A DNA stretch of 63,766 nt, filler included, from Ministeria vibrans ATCC 50519 (GCA_943704425.1; 8 parts of 8 records of this genome joined end to end with filler, not necessarily neighbours in it), one strand, 5' to 3'. Positions 10,881 to 22,189 are shown, counted from the whole stretch's first letter. Translations and numbers: made by a program. Notes: generated by a model not told the origin, from the letters alone.

Positions 10881-12041
10881 GTAATAATATTTTTGTAGCG
10901 AGAACTCGATAAGTTTATGAAGACCCAAGTGAGTCTGGTTCAAAAGCTGTTAGAGCGACGTCGCAGCGAAATGAGCGACCTTCAGCGACGCAACATTGTC
11001 TTTGAGCAACACCAACAGGTGCAAAAGACACAACTAAAAGATGTCTTACACACGTCAATTACTGACAATATTTTTTTTGGTGTGTGACTTGCGCAGATGC
11101 GAAATTTGCATAACATGCTGACGATTCGACGGAAGCGTGAAATGAAGATTTTGGACCAGAGATTGGCGGAGCGACGGGTATTGCGGATGCATCAGCTGAA
11201 GAAGAAGTATGATGAGGAGATGCGGCTGATTGGGAGCAGGGGAGGGAGCAAGGGAAGTGTTGAGGCAAAGAAGCGTGCAAGCGAGGGGCACGAGCGAGAG
11301 GTGGAGCGCATGCTGCGCCATTTAAATGAGGTGCGCGACAATGCGCTGTACAATATATGCGAGCGGTTTACTCAGGAAAGTGAGGAGGCACATCGCGAGG
11401 CAGAGGAGGCAACCACCACGGTACTGTTAAAGCTGCGAGTCGACGAGAGTGGGCGAGCGGCAGTGTTGCAAAAGCGCCACACCACGTTCATGCAGGTGCA
11501 GCGGGTGCTCATTCGCGAGGCCATTGGGCAGGTGGAACTGGAAGAGATCAAGCAGGCGGGCATGGAAGCACAGCACAAGAGCGACATTGAGCGACTGGCC
11601 AAGGTGATTTCGACGCAACGCACCGAGCAGGAGCAAATATTCCAAGAGAAGTTGCGCACACGACAACTCAAGAAGGAACAACGCGAGCAGCGTCTCAAGG
11701 AGGAGGCAGAAAACTCGGACGAGAAAAAGAGCTTTGATGTGCGCACGCTCATTATCCAAACGACCGCCTTTCGTCTCATGCGCAACGTGCTTAACAAGCG
11801 CCACCGCCAACGGCTCGCAGCCAAACGCAAAGAGCTCGACGCCGAGAAATCGCGACACATCGAGCATGTGCGCGCGCAACAACGCGACGCTGCCGCAAGG
11901 CAAGTAGGCGTCTTTTTTGCCGTGGCCGCCGAGGAGCTTGAAAACTTAAAGGTCGGCTTTACGGCAGCCGAAACAGACGAGATCCGTCAGATGATGGTGG
12001 GCAAGGAAGTCGACGGCAATGAGGACGAGAGCAGTGTATAA
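8208..12041 (+). CDS. EVC: EVC (Ellis-van Creveld protein)-like, ~950 aa, 8 exons (approx. 8208-8737, 8883-9054, 9133-9402, 9629-9972, 10072-10366, 10454-10644, 10899-11018, 11097-12041)
   Basis: All introns are GT-AG and frame-consistent. Remembered human EVC matches occur in the same order: VLGAALGTVGGILLG ~ LLGAALGLGLGLWLG; QLEQEMREEK..QLKYQGKIDEDDFWELV ~ HLDTALRQEK..DLLPKKKSDDELYQKIL; GRVNMAR ~ GRAHMAK; IDHLWEKGTLSSRDRDELL ~ LELLAGEGKLSGRQKEELL; DPATFIRLRHALLQQQR ~ DPEKFLEAFHEVLERQR. Confidence 0.75.
10730..10889. repeat. (TAA)n microsatellite in an EVC intron
   Basis: Long aataataat run seen directly. Confidence 0.95.
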
Positions 12042-12352
12042 TTTTAGTTTCTGTTTTTGTTTTTCTTGAGATCGAGTAGCGTGCATGCAACTTGAAGTCA
12101 CGTGTACAGGGTGTGCATGTGCACGTGAGAGGAATGAATCGTTGCAATAAAAGAAGAGTCAAGAGAGTTCAAAAAGTCAAATCAAATAATTAACTACGAG
12201 GAGTAATCAAGTCATTCTAAAACGGATACTCATTCTTCATTCTATTAATATTAATTCTTTTCCTCATTCACAATTTTACATCAGTTGCCTCAGTTCTGCT
12301 ACTATCTATTTCTTTTACCAAAAACTGTGTGTGAGTTTTGGTCTCAAAAGAA

Positions 12353-15300
12353 ATGCGTCTTGTGATTGCCCTCTCGTTGCTCGTCGCTTCGTCGTTCGCG
12401 CAAGACGAACCGGACATCTTTCACGCCATCAAGGCAATCACCACCAAGCGCCTGTCTCCTCGGTATGCCCATGGCTCGGCTGCGTACAATGGACTCGTCT
12501 GCGTGTTTGGCGGCTTTTCAGATACAAATGGTATGAAGCACACCTCTTCGCTCCCTCCGCAGCCGCCTTTCCCCTTGGCTTGCAACGTAATTCTTTATAT
12601 CTACCACTTTATTTGTGTCGGGATCGAGGAGACGTCTCGAATTGTCGCACAAATCAACAATATTATTATATATTTTTTTTCTAACACCTTCTTTCACAGC
12701 TACCGTTGCGCTCAATGATACGTGGCTCTACTCGGCCGTCTCCTCTGTCTGGATACAGCTGGACGAACACAATGTCGAGCACACTTCCGCTGCGGAAGCC
12801 CTGCTGAGCCCGCCCCCGGTCGGGTTCGCTTCGTTTGAACCCGTGCGAGATCCTCGTCAAAATACCACGACGGACGAGCCGCCCATCGTCGGCATTCTCT
12901 TTGGAGGCCTTGGTGCAGTCGATATGGATTCGCCTGAGCTCAGTCCAGTCAACGGCGACCTCTGGATTTTCTCGTTTCTCTCGCTGAAGTGGACGCCCAT
13001 CAACCCCCTCTCGTCGTTGCGTCCGGCCGCTCGTTTCGCCCACACGTGCACGACAACGGACGATACGCTCACGGACAAGACACTCATGTTCTGCTTTGGT
13101 GGGCGCACGGCCAACGGCACCGTCTTCGGCGATCTGTGGCAGTTCTCTTTGGCGTCGTACGAGTGGACAGAGCTTTGGAGCGTCCCGTCCCTCTCCTTTC
13201 CTCCCTTTGTGAAATTTCCCTTTACCATCCCTGGCTCGCCCTGTCTTACAGTGCCCGCCAATACCACTCGCGACGCTCCGGCCCCTCGCTTCCTCCATAT
13301 TTCATTTAATTTGCCCAGTCACCCCGAAGGCGTCTTCATCGCTGGCGGACAGTCCCAATGCGGCGGTGGCTGCTTTGTCAACGGCGCCAACCTCGCTGAT
13401 GGCGAGTGCTTCGACACATGGATGTACAACGTAACACGACGCAGTTGGACGCAGGTGCGCTCAGAGTCCACCGAGTTTCTCTTGTACCTTCCCACGTCGT
13501 GCACCGGCATGCAGGCGCAAGTGGGCAACGTTGGCGATAGCTCCGGCCCCATCTACAGCGCCCTTGTTGAGGGCGCTTCGCGCTACTCCATCACCGACAT
13601 TGTCATGGTTTTTTCATCCAACTTCTCACTCTCCTACTCGGACGACATCTTATTAGGCTCGTGGACGATTGTCTCGCGCTACATGTCCATCAACCGGCGC
13701 CACCGCCGCTTCGACTCGCTTGTCGTCGTCTCTTTCGCCGCTCAACACGACACTGATATTCATCTTGTCAGCATTGCTGGCGAGACGGTTTCCACCCCAT
13801 ACGTTTCGCTTGACGACTCGTGGGCCATTGCCGAAGACTCCTCTATCAATTCCTGGGTCGACGTTTCCCCGCCCGCCACTGCCCCGCCCTTCTACGACAC
13901 CAACGGTGTGCTCATTCAGGACACGTACTATTATGTCTTCGGTGGTCAAGTACGACAAAAACAAAAGAAAACAAAAAAGAAACATGAAGAGAAGAACGAG
14001 ATGGATGTGTCGAGTGAGAATATTTTTTTTTTCGTAGAGTACTCAAACACCAATTTCGGGTACCTTTTGGCGACTGGATTTGAAACTAAGAGAATGGTCA
14101 CACGTCGTCATCAACTTTCTGGACTTTAGCATTCGGACCATTTCGCCGCCGGAGATGATTGGTCAGTCATTGACACCCTATGGAGGTCAAAATAATGCAC
14201 TGCTGTTGTTCGGTGGAGCGTTCCCTCCGCGCGGCGTTGTTTACAACGAAGTGTATGCGTTCAATCTGACTAGTGCTCCGTCTGGTGGTGAGGCATGGAG
14301 TGTGCTGGACACGGGGCAGAATAAAGGTTTGCCCCAGCCGTCGGGGCGCTATCGTCATGCAGCATTTGCCTGCGGTGTGCTACGCTTGTGTGTCTTTGGC
14401 GGCGTGGGAGTGCATAAGACCTCGCCTGACGACTCCTACCCAACTTTCCAGTCGACCAACGACACTTGGTTGTTGATTGGCGATCCTCAGGCGCCCTTTC
14501 TTCGTGCCACCTGGATGCGCATTGCCCTAAACTCGTCAGAGACTCCATTGTCTCGCTCACAGGCGGCCGTCACGCAACGCGACCGGTGTGGCTACCTCTA
14601 CGGCGGCCTCGACATTGTTGGCAATCCGCTCGATGATCTCTGGTCACTCTGTTATGATGGCGAGAATAACACTACGTTCACCTGGCGCAAACTCCTGTCT
14701 CACCCGCACTCCGCGTCGAACCCACCGCCTCTCTTTGCGGCCACACTCTTCCTTATGGGTTCGAAACTGGTGCTCTATGGGGGTGGCACGCAGACCAACG
14801 CCGGCTCGCCCGTCATTGGATATTACCTCTTCACGTACAATCTCGAGACCTCGTTTTGGAATATAACCACAAACACGCCTGCCAAGGACTCGATCATCGA
14901 CGCCTATCCCGAGGCACCCGTCGGCTCCATTGGCATGATGCTTGTGCAGACGGACGAGGGGAGTCGCACCGTTACCATCTATGGCGGCATCAATGCACTA
15001 CACGACTCCGACTACATCCCAGGCGCCGTCGGAACACTCACGCTGAGCTGCTCACCTGGCTTTTACTCGTCCGACTACCTCACGCGCGACTGCCTTCCGT
15101 GTCCTATTGGCACGTTTCTGAGTGGCGAAGACCCTGACGCACGCAATTGCACGCACTGCCCATACAAGCTGACAACGCCCTTCTCGGGCAGCACGTCGGT
15201 CAACAACTGTACCAGGTGCGCCTTGGACGCATGCAACAATCAAGGCAGCTGCACTATAAACAAGGACAAGGTCATCCAGTGTGACTGTAAGTTTCCCTAC

Positions 15301-16572
15301 AAGTGGTCCAACGGCTGCGAGACACCTTGGCAAGGTATTCTCATTGCGGCAGTTGTTTGTCTCGTCGCCATTGTGGTTACGGTGGTTAAGTACATCCACA
15401 CGCGACGCCATGCCGAGAGCGAGCGCGCCGCGCGCGCCGAAGCTGATCAGCTAGTGCGCAAACTGACAAACAAGGTGTCGCTTGCGGACAGCATGAACAT
15501 CCGTGAGAAGGAGTTGCGCCACAAAATCCTCCTTGACGAAGGGGGCGCTAGCAAGGTGTACCGTGCGACCCTCCGAGGCGAATTTGTCGTTGTAAAGTAC
15601 CTACGACTTCTCCACCTTGACAACGACGACGACCACGTCGTGCGCCAGGGATTCACGGAGGAAGCGCAGCTGCTGCGCGCTGTGTTGCATCCAAACATTG
15701 TCAATTTTATAGCGTGCAGTACGGCCGAACAGGATGGCCACACTGTGCCGTACATCATTGTGGAGTATCTCGAACTAGGATCGCTGCACAAGCTGCTGGT
15801 TGAACGCACCGACTTGGAGTTGTCGTGGAAGCAGCGCACTCGCTTTATGCTGGACGCAGCGCGCGGCGTTGCATGTTTACACCGACGTGGCATTGTCCAC
15901 TGTGACATCAAGTCGCTCAATCTGCTTGTTGCATCGGACTTTACTGTAAAAGTGGCCGATTTGGGAGCGGCACGGATGTGGCAGCTGTACGAGAAGCACA
16001 GAGGACCCGTGCGCGTGCCACAGGTATCGGGGCGCAGCACGTCGACAACCATGCGCCGCGGTCACTATCACGAGATGGAGGAACCGCTCTTAGCGCGCAC
16101 GGTCGAGTCATACACGTCGATTGATGTAGCGACTACTGATCATGAGGCTGGTCGAGACGAAGACACAGCGCAGGCGATGCCGGTTCGCGCGACCTCGATA
16201 CACGACAAGACACTGTCCAAAGCAATGGCGGAACAGATCTTCTCTGAGCTGTGGCGCGCTCCGGAGACGTATGCCAGAGGGTACGTGGCCGAGTTGCCTG
16301 TGGACGTGTATGCATTTGGCGTGACCATGAGTGAAGTGGCGATGCGTGCACTGCCCTACGACGACATTCCCGACGACCAACTGTATCTCATCCGTGACCT
16401 TGTACTCAATGGGACTAGGCCCGACTTGGGCGATGCAGTATTACGTCGCTACTGGCCTACAGGGTATGAGGAGCTCATGAGGCGCTGTTGGGCTGAGCGG
16501 CCCGAAGACAGACCAGTCTTTCGTGACATTGAGGATGATATGGAAATTATTGTTAGGAGAGTCGGAATGTGA
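12353..16572 (+). CDS. Receptor kinase: signal peptide, Kelch-repeat ectodomain, Cys-rich/EGF-like region, TM, TKL-group kinase (3 exons: 12353-12530, 12700-~13949, 14038-16572)
   Basis: Signal peptide MRLVIALSLLVASSFA; repeated Kelch motifs (PxxRxxH...FGG...DLW); CSPGFYS...CLPCPIGTF; TM GILIAAVVCLVAIVVTVV; kinase motifs VVVK, HPNIVNF, HCDIKSLNLLV, KVADLG, WRAPE, DVYAFGV, CWAERPEDRP. Confidence 0.9.
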
Positions 16573-16894
16573 AGATACAAGAATCGTAATAAAACGATAG
16601 TTATGACGTATTTCAATAATATTATTATGATTTTCACTTTGAGAGTGATATTAAAGACGTCTGCTCTTGCACTATCTTTTTCTCTCTCTATCATTTTGTT
16701 CTTTTCTTTTCTCTCTCTCTCACTCGTTCTCTTTCTTATCTCTTAATCACTCTTCTCGCTCTCTATCACTTTGTTTCCTCAATCACTTTGTTCCTTTCTT
16801 CTCTCTCTCTATCACTTTGTTTGTTTCTCCTCTCTCTCTATCACTTTGTTTCTCCTCTTTTTCTCCTCTTCTCTCCCTCTCTCTCTGTGTTCTT

Positions 16895-17795
16895 GAGGTT
16901 AGAGTTAGGGCTAGGGTTTCTCCGATGGCTCTGGGTCTGCTGTGTGACGTTTTGTTGGTGTGTGAAGAGTTTCACGCCAAGACGGAGGTTTTGCACGTCA
17001 CGGCACAAGTGACTGATTGCGTTCGGACGCGTGACGAGGGGTGAAACGAGCGTGCTGATGGGATTGCTCGTGGTGGTCTTGAGCGTTTGCGCGGTAATAT
17101 GGAAGGGAACAATGACTATTTGGCGGACCTGACCATGCGTTGGGACTGGTGTGCGTTACTGGGGTCGACGCCAATAAGTGGCGTGTGCATTCGCTTGGAT
17201 GGTGATGGTCGGGGCCGTCGAGTGGAGCGCGCGGATACCGGAGCGGCCGATCAAGTGCTTGTTAACAAGGCTGATGCTACTGCCGGTCTAGATTTGCAGG
17301 AACATAATGCAAAACGACTGTTCTTCGGGGGTTAGAGTTAGGGTTAGGGTTAGGGTTAGGGTTAACTGTGGCGGTGGATGCTGGCATGGTAGTGGCAGTG
17401 TTGGCTGGCCAAGGTGGTGGTGGTGGCGTTTGGTTGGGTGTTCTTGGTTGCAATGGATGAAGTTTGAGTTTGGATGGTGCGGTTCAGTCATTTGAGCTTT
17501 GACATGAGTCTTTGTGGCTTTGAGTGCCTGCTGAGCGCGTTGTGTTTGTTTGTTTGCTCTTGTGTTTGTTAGTGAGGCGCGTCTTATTACTTTTGTGTGT
17601 GACTGTGTTGTTTTGTTAATGTTTGTGATTGTTTGTTTTTGATATTATGTGTGTTGTTTTGGTATTTGTTCTTTGGTGTTGCTTGTAGTATCCTCTTGTG
17701 TGTTTTTGTGTTTGATGTGTGTGTTGAGGATCGCGATGTATTCCGAGTGGGCCCCATAAGCTGCTTGAGTATGTGTTAAACGTCTGAATACAATC
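16895..17795. mobile_element. Probable degenerate repeat or mobile element with internal TTAGGG arrays and a conserved terminal 54-nt stem-closed motif; runs to the contig end
   Basis: TTAGGG-like arrays at ~16897-16918 and 17330-17364, a GT-rich tract, and 17738-17791 recurring at 29923-29976. Confidence 0.5.
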
Positions 17796-17803
17796 GTAAA
17801 GTT

Positions 17804-17903
17804 NNNNNNNNNNNNNNNNNNNNNNNNNNNNNNNNNNNNNNNNNNNNTTAATTAATTAANNNNNNNNNNNNNNNNNNNNNNNNNNNNNNNNNNNNNNNNN
17901 NNN
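17804..17903. other. Artificial contig linker N..TTAATTAATTAA..N (cores at 17848, 33517, 39042, 51670, 56075, 60142, 61911)
   Basis: The same 12-mer, with stops in all six frames, is centred in ~100-nt N blocks seven times. Confidence 0.95.
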
Positions 17904-19596
17904 GCGAGTCCTTGCGTCAACGGCGGCACCTGTGTTGACGGCGTGGACTCGTACCAGTGCGACTGTGACGCGGGCTACACGGACACAACGTGCTCAACCA
18001 ACATCAACGACTGCTTGGCGAGTCCTTGCGTCAACGGCGGCACCTGTGTTGACGGTGTGGACTCGTACCAGTGCGACTGTGACGCGGGCTACACAGACAC
18101 AACGTGCTCGACCAACATCAACGACTGCTTGACGAGTCCTTGCGTCAACGGCGGCACGTGCAATGACGGTGTCACATCGTACACGTGTACGTGCTTGTCT
18201 GGCTATACAGATACCCTTTGCGAAACAAACATTAACGAGTGTGACTCGTCGCCATGCACCAACGGGGGCACGTGCGAGGATGCAACAGGCTCGTTCTCGT
18301 GTTCATGCCCGGCCGGCTTCACCGATGCTAACTGCGCGATCAACATTAACGACTGCCCCTCGCCGAATCCGTGCCAGAACGGTGGCACGTGCAACGACGG
18401 TGTCGTGTCGTTCGCGTGTACCTGCGTGCCTGGTTACACGAACAGTTTGTGCGAGACCGACATTAATGAGTGTGTGTCATCGCCGTGCACCAACGGAGCG
18501 ACGTGCAACGACCGTGTTAACAGCTACGAGTGCACATGCGCCTCAGGCTTTACAGGAGCTCACTGCGATAGCGCCGTGAACGAGTGCGAGTCGTCACCAT
18601 GCGGTAACGGGGGCACGTGCAACGACCATGCGGACAGCTACGTGTGTTTGTGCGCGTCCGGCTTCAACGGCAACAACTGCGAGAGCGACATTGATGAGTG
18701 TATGACAACGCCATGCACCTCGCACGGCACATGTACGGATGGCGTCTTCTCGTACACATGCACCTGCGACCCCGGTTATTTCTTCAGCCTCGGCACTACT
18801 TGTCTCGCGTGCCACGTCTCCAACTGCGCGGCAGGTAAGGTCACGTGCCGAACGGCCTCCGACTCGGTTTGCTCTCAATGCGACGTGGGCTACGCCCTCA
18901 ATACCACTAACCAGTGCCTGGCGGTTGAGTTGTCGCCCGAAATGGTGGGTGTAACACTTGCCAACATGACACGTGCGCAATTTGAGGGGGATCTTGACGC
19001 GTTCCGCGTGGCCATCGCCGCAGCCGTCAACGCGTACTGGCAGCTGCAGCAGCAGGCAGGAAGGCGTCGTGCGTCGCCGGGTAACATTGACTGGTCACTT
19101 GTCTACGTGTACAGTGCGACACAAAGTGGCGGCGGCACTACTGTGCTTCTTTATGCGCTCACCACAAACACGACCGTTGCTGTGAGTGCACAGGAGCTCA
19201 ACGACGCTATTGTCGCCGGTATTGCTACCATTCTCGGGGCTCTTCCACCGGGAACCGCCTACCAGTCCAGCACTTCCTCCCCAATCTTTGCTGGGTCCGG
19301 TGGCTCGAGTGCATCGTCATTCCCCTCACTTTATGTCGGGGTGGCGGTGGGGGCGACAATCGCTGTTGTTCTGGCGATGTTGCTCATTCATTATCGCATC
19401 AAAGTTACGAAACAGAGACGCATCATCATGACCCAGCACGTCCCCAGCGTCCCAATTGATGAGGTAATTTCTTATTCTGTATTGTTGCTTATTAATTTGT
19501 TTTTGTTGTTGTTTTGCATTTTTTTCTTCTTTCCCCCTGCAGTTTGACAATGCCAGTGTCGAGTCAAAAGTCATTAAGATTCAACCCGCTTACTAA
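17904..19596 (+). CDS. Calcium-binding EGF-repeat type I membrane protein (fibropellin/Notch/Crumbs-like EGF array), 5' truncated by the contig edge
   Basis: About 8 EGF repeats (NINDCLASPCVNGGTCVDGVDSYQCDCDAGYT), a further Cys-rich unit, a juxtamembrane domain with RRR, and TM LYVGVAVGATIAVVLAMLLI. After a GT-AG intron the last exon 19543-19596 ends ...IKIQPAY*. Confidence 0.9.
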
Positions 19597-19921
19597 AAAT
19601 TGATCAGGTACCCAATGTTACTAATAAAAATAATAAAATATTAGTACAAAAATATTTATTATTGTTATTATAAACATAATAGTAAATTTTTAAAATAATA
19701 ATTATTATTATTTTTTTATTGTTTTGACATTGAGTACAGCTCTCGATTCTCTATTTATTTTCTTATTATAAATAATAATAATTATTATTACGATTATTAT
19801 TAAATTTTATTTAAACTTTCACTTCATTAGTCATCTTCATTACTTCATTTAGCTCTAGATAATTATGTCTTCTTCTTCTTCTAATTATTTAGGTCTATTG
19901 AAATTAATGACGTGTTGTTTT

Positions 19922-20715
19922 TCACAATTCACCGTACTTGGCCTGCTTTTGGGCTTCATAAACGACCGTCTCCGCATCCACGAGCTCACACTATAACAGC
20001 AGCAACAACAACAAGGATAACGATGACATTAGCAACATCACAATCAAAATCAATCAGGGTCGTGTCGTTTCGTGTCGTACTGAAGGCAGAGCGTGCTCGG
20101 TAGCGTTGCTCGCACTTTCTCGATTGCAATCTACCAGTGTCCCACACCGCGATACATCATTCACCCATGTGCCTTCGAGACACTGTCCTTTGGACGCAAA
20201 GAAGAACCGTCCATCGCCGTGCTTCTGGTCGCTCTCAAATGCGCCCTGGTACACATTGCCGTTCGCCAGCCGCAGCCTCCCTTGACCGTGGCGCCTGTCA
20301 TCAAGCCATCCGCCCTCATACACATCTCCATTTGCATACGCCATCACACCACGGCCGCTCTTCACCCCGTCGCGGAACCCCCCTTCGTAGTGGTCGCCGT
20401 TGTCGTAGAATCGAGTGCCGTCTCCGTCGAACTTGTCTCGTCTCCACTGCCCCGTGTACAGCACTCGATACCTTTTGGTGACCTCCTCCACGACACTCAT
20501 AGTCCCAAAGCCGCAGCGGCGCCCCTTGTGCCACTCTCCCTCATACTTTGTCTTGTCATGTCGCGAAACGGAGACACCTTTGCCTAGGGCAACAGACAAT
20601 GAGTCCGACACTTGATGGGTATCCTTTTCTATTTACCGTGTCTTCGATTATCCTTCCACTCTCCCGTGTACTGATCATCGTTTTCAAAGACTGTGTGCCT
20701 ACAATGAGAGAGCAT
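19922..20715 (-). CDS. MORN3: MORN repeat-containing protein 3 (ciliary/flagellar); at least 3 exons, true start may lie in the N gap
   Basis: MORN repeats (YTGEWKDNRRHG-KG, YEGEWHKGRRCGFG etc.). C-terminus KHGDGRFFF..GQCLEGTWVNDVSRCGTLVDCNRESA...LP-CELVDAETV matches the remembered MORN3 tail (KHGAGRFFHLDHGQLFEGFWVDNMAKCGTMIDFGRDEA). Confidence 0.8.
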
Positions 20716-20732
20716 GAGATAAAAAAAAAGAA

Positions 20733-20746
20733 GTTGTCATGACAAC
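20733..20746. promoter_or_regulatory. Perfect palindromic RFX X-box GTTGTCATGACAAC at the 5' end of MORN3
   Basis: 14-bp palindrome fitting GTTRYCATRRYAAC, about 18 bp upstream of an in-frame ATG (20715) of a ciliary gene. Confidence 0.7.
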
Positions 20747-21019
20747 CNNNNNNNNNNNNNNNNNNNNNNNNNNNNNNNNNNNNNNNNNNNNNNNNNNNNN
20801 NNNNNNNNNNNNNNNNNNNNNNNNNNNNNNNNNNNNNNNNNNNNNNNNNNNNNNNNNNNNNNNNNNNNNNNNNNNNNNNNNNNNNNNNNNNNNNNNNNNN
20901 NNNNNNNNNNNNNNNNNNNNNNNNNNNNNNNNNNNNNNNNNNNNNNNNNNNNNNNNNNNNNNNNNNNNNNNNNNNNNNNNNNNNNNNNNNNNNNNNNNNN
21001 NNNNNNNNNACAAGTGCCA

Positions 21020-22097
21020 CTACAGCATTTTATTGAGAGGGTGGTCTCTTTGGAGTTTCTCATTGCGATAGAGCGGATAGTACAAAGCACAGGCGGCGAG
21101 TGCGCCGATGATAGGACCCACACAGTAGACGTAGAAGGAGTCGAAATCGGGAACCATCTGTAGCAAAAGTAGTGTGAACGAGGGAAGAAAGAAGGAGATA
21201 AAGAGTCTCTCTTACGACTGCTGGGCCAAAAGAACGAGCGGGATTCATTGAGGCGCCTGTGATTGGAAGACTAACAAGTGAAGAAGCGAAATTCATCAAA
21301 CTCATATAATAGTTCAGTTATAACATAACATAACACCCACTGATGTACTATTATTACCCTGCCAGGTGGTCAACAAGAACGGCAAAGCCAATGGCAAGCG
21401 GAGCGGCGTTTCCGACTGCCTTGCCGTCTTTGTCGGTCCGTAAGATTGTGAAGACCAGCACAAACGTGAGAATGCTCTCCATCAGAATGCCATTGCCAAT
21501 TGACACGCCAGCGCCCAATTGCGTGAGGCCCAAGCGACCCTGGCTTGATTCAGGGTAGACGCCCTAAGAAGAAACAACCAATCAACACACATGAACAGTC
21601 ACAACACACTCTGGTGATACTTTGAGCAGAGCTGCACCGACCACTCCGCCAATCATCTGGGCAGCCATAATGGCAAAGCCCTTGAGGATGGGACAGTAGC
21701 CGCAGATCATCATGGCCATGGTGACGACTGGATTGATGTGTCCGCCGCTGTGTGCGCACAACGAGAGCAAATGAGGGGCAGACTGAGTCCAATTGGGACG
21801 AGTTCGCTGGTGCGCCTCCTACCTTACGGAGGCTGACGCGTAGACAAGGACAACCAGGGATATCCCAAAACAGAGCGAGATAGTGACAAGGGGCGTTGCA
21901 GGCGAGATCACAGTGGACGCGAGGACCGAGCCGCAGCCCAAGAAGACAAAGAGGGCCGTCATGGTGAACTCCATGACAACAGGGCGCACATACACATTGA
22001 AAGGCGTCGTGTCCTCGTCGAGCACGGGCGGCCACTCGCTTGTTGACGACTGCGTGTCAAGCATGGGGCGGCGCAGTTGGATGTCGGCCGACTCCAT
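21020..22097 (-). CDS. Aquaporin (MIP family, classical water-channel type), multi-exon
   Basis: EFTMTALFVFLGCGS, SGGHINPVVT, HLAGLPITGASMNPARSFGPAV, YVYCVGPIIGALAA; stop at 21020-21022. Confidence 0.93.
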
Positions 22098-22189
22098 TCT
22101 TACAGCACAAGAAAAGATCAAAGAATGATTATTTTCCAACTTTTGACTTTTGACAAGTGATTAATCAAAAACATAATTTGTCTTGCGAC

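Noticed and set aside
17330-17364. True chromosome telomere
   Set aside because: The array is short, degenerate and flanked by unique sequence on both sides, so it is interstitial.
17848-17859. Recurrent TTAATTAATTAA palindrome as a biological motif (e.g. piggyBac TTAA sites)
   Set aside because: Always centred in fixed-length N blocks; it is a six-frame-stop scaffolding linker.
17904-19596. Calling the EGF-repeat protein Notch, Delta or Crumbs
   Set aside because: No LNR/ankyrin, DSL or laminin-G domain and no ERLI tail in the visible part.
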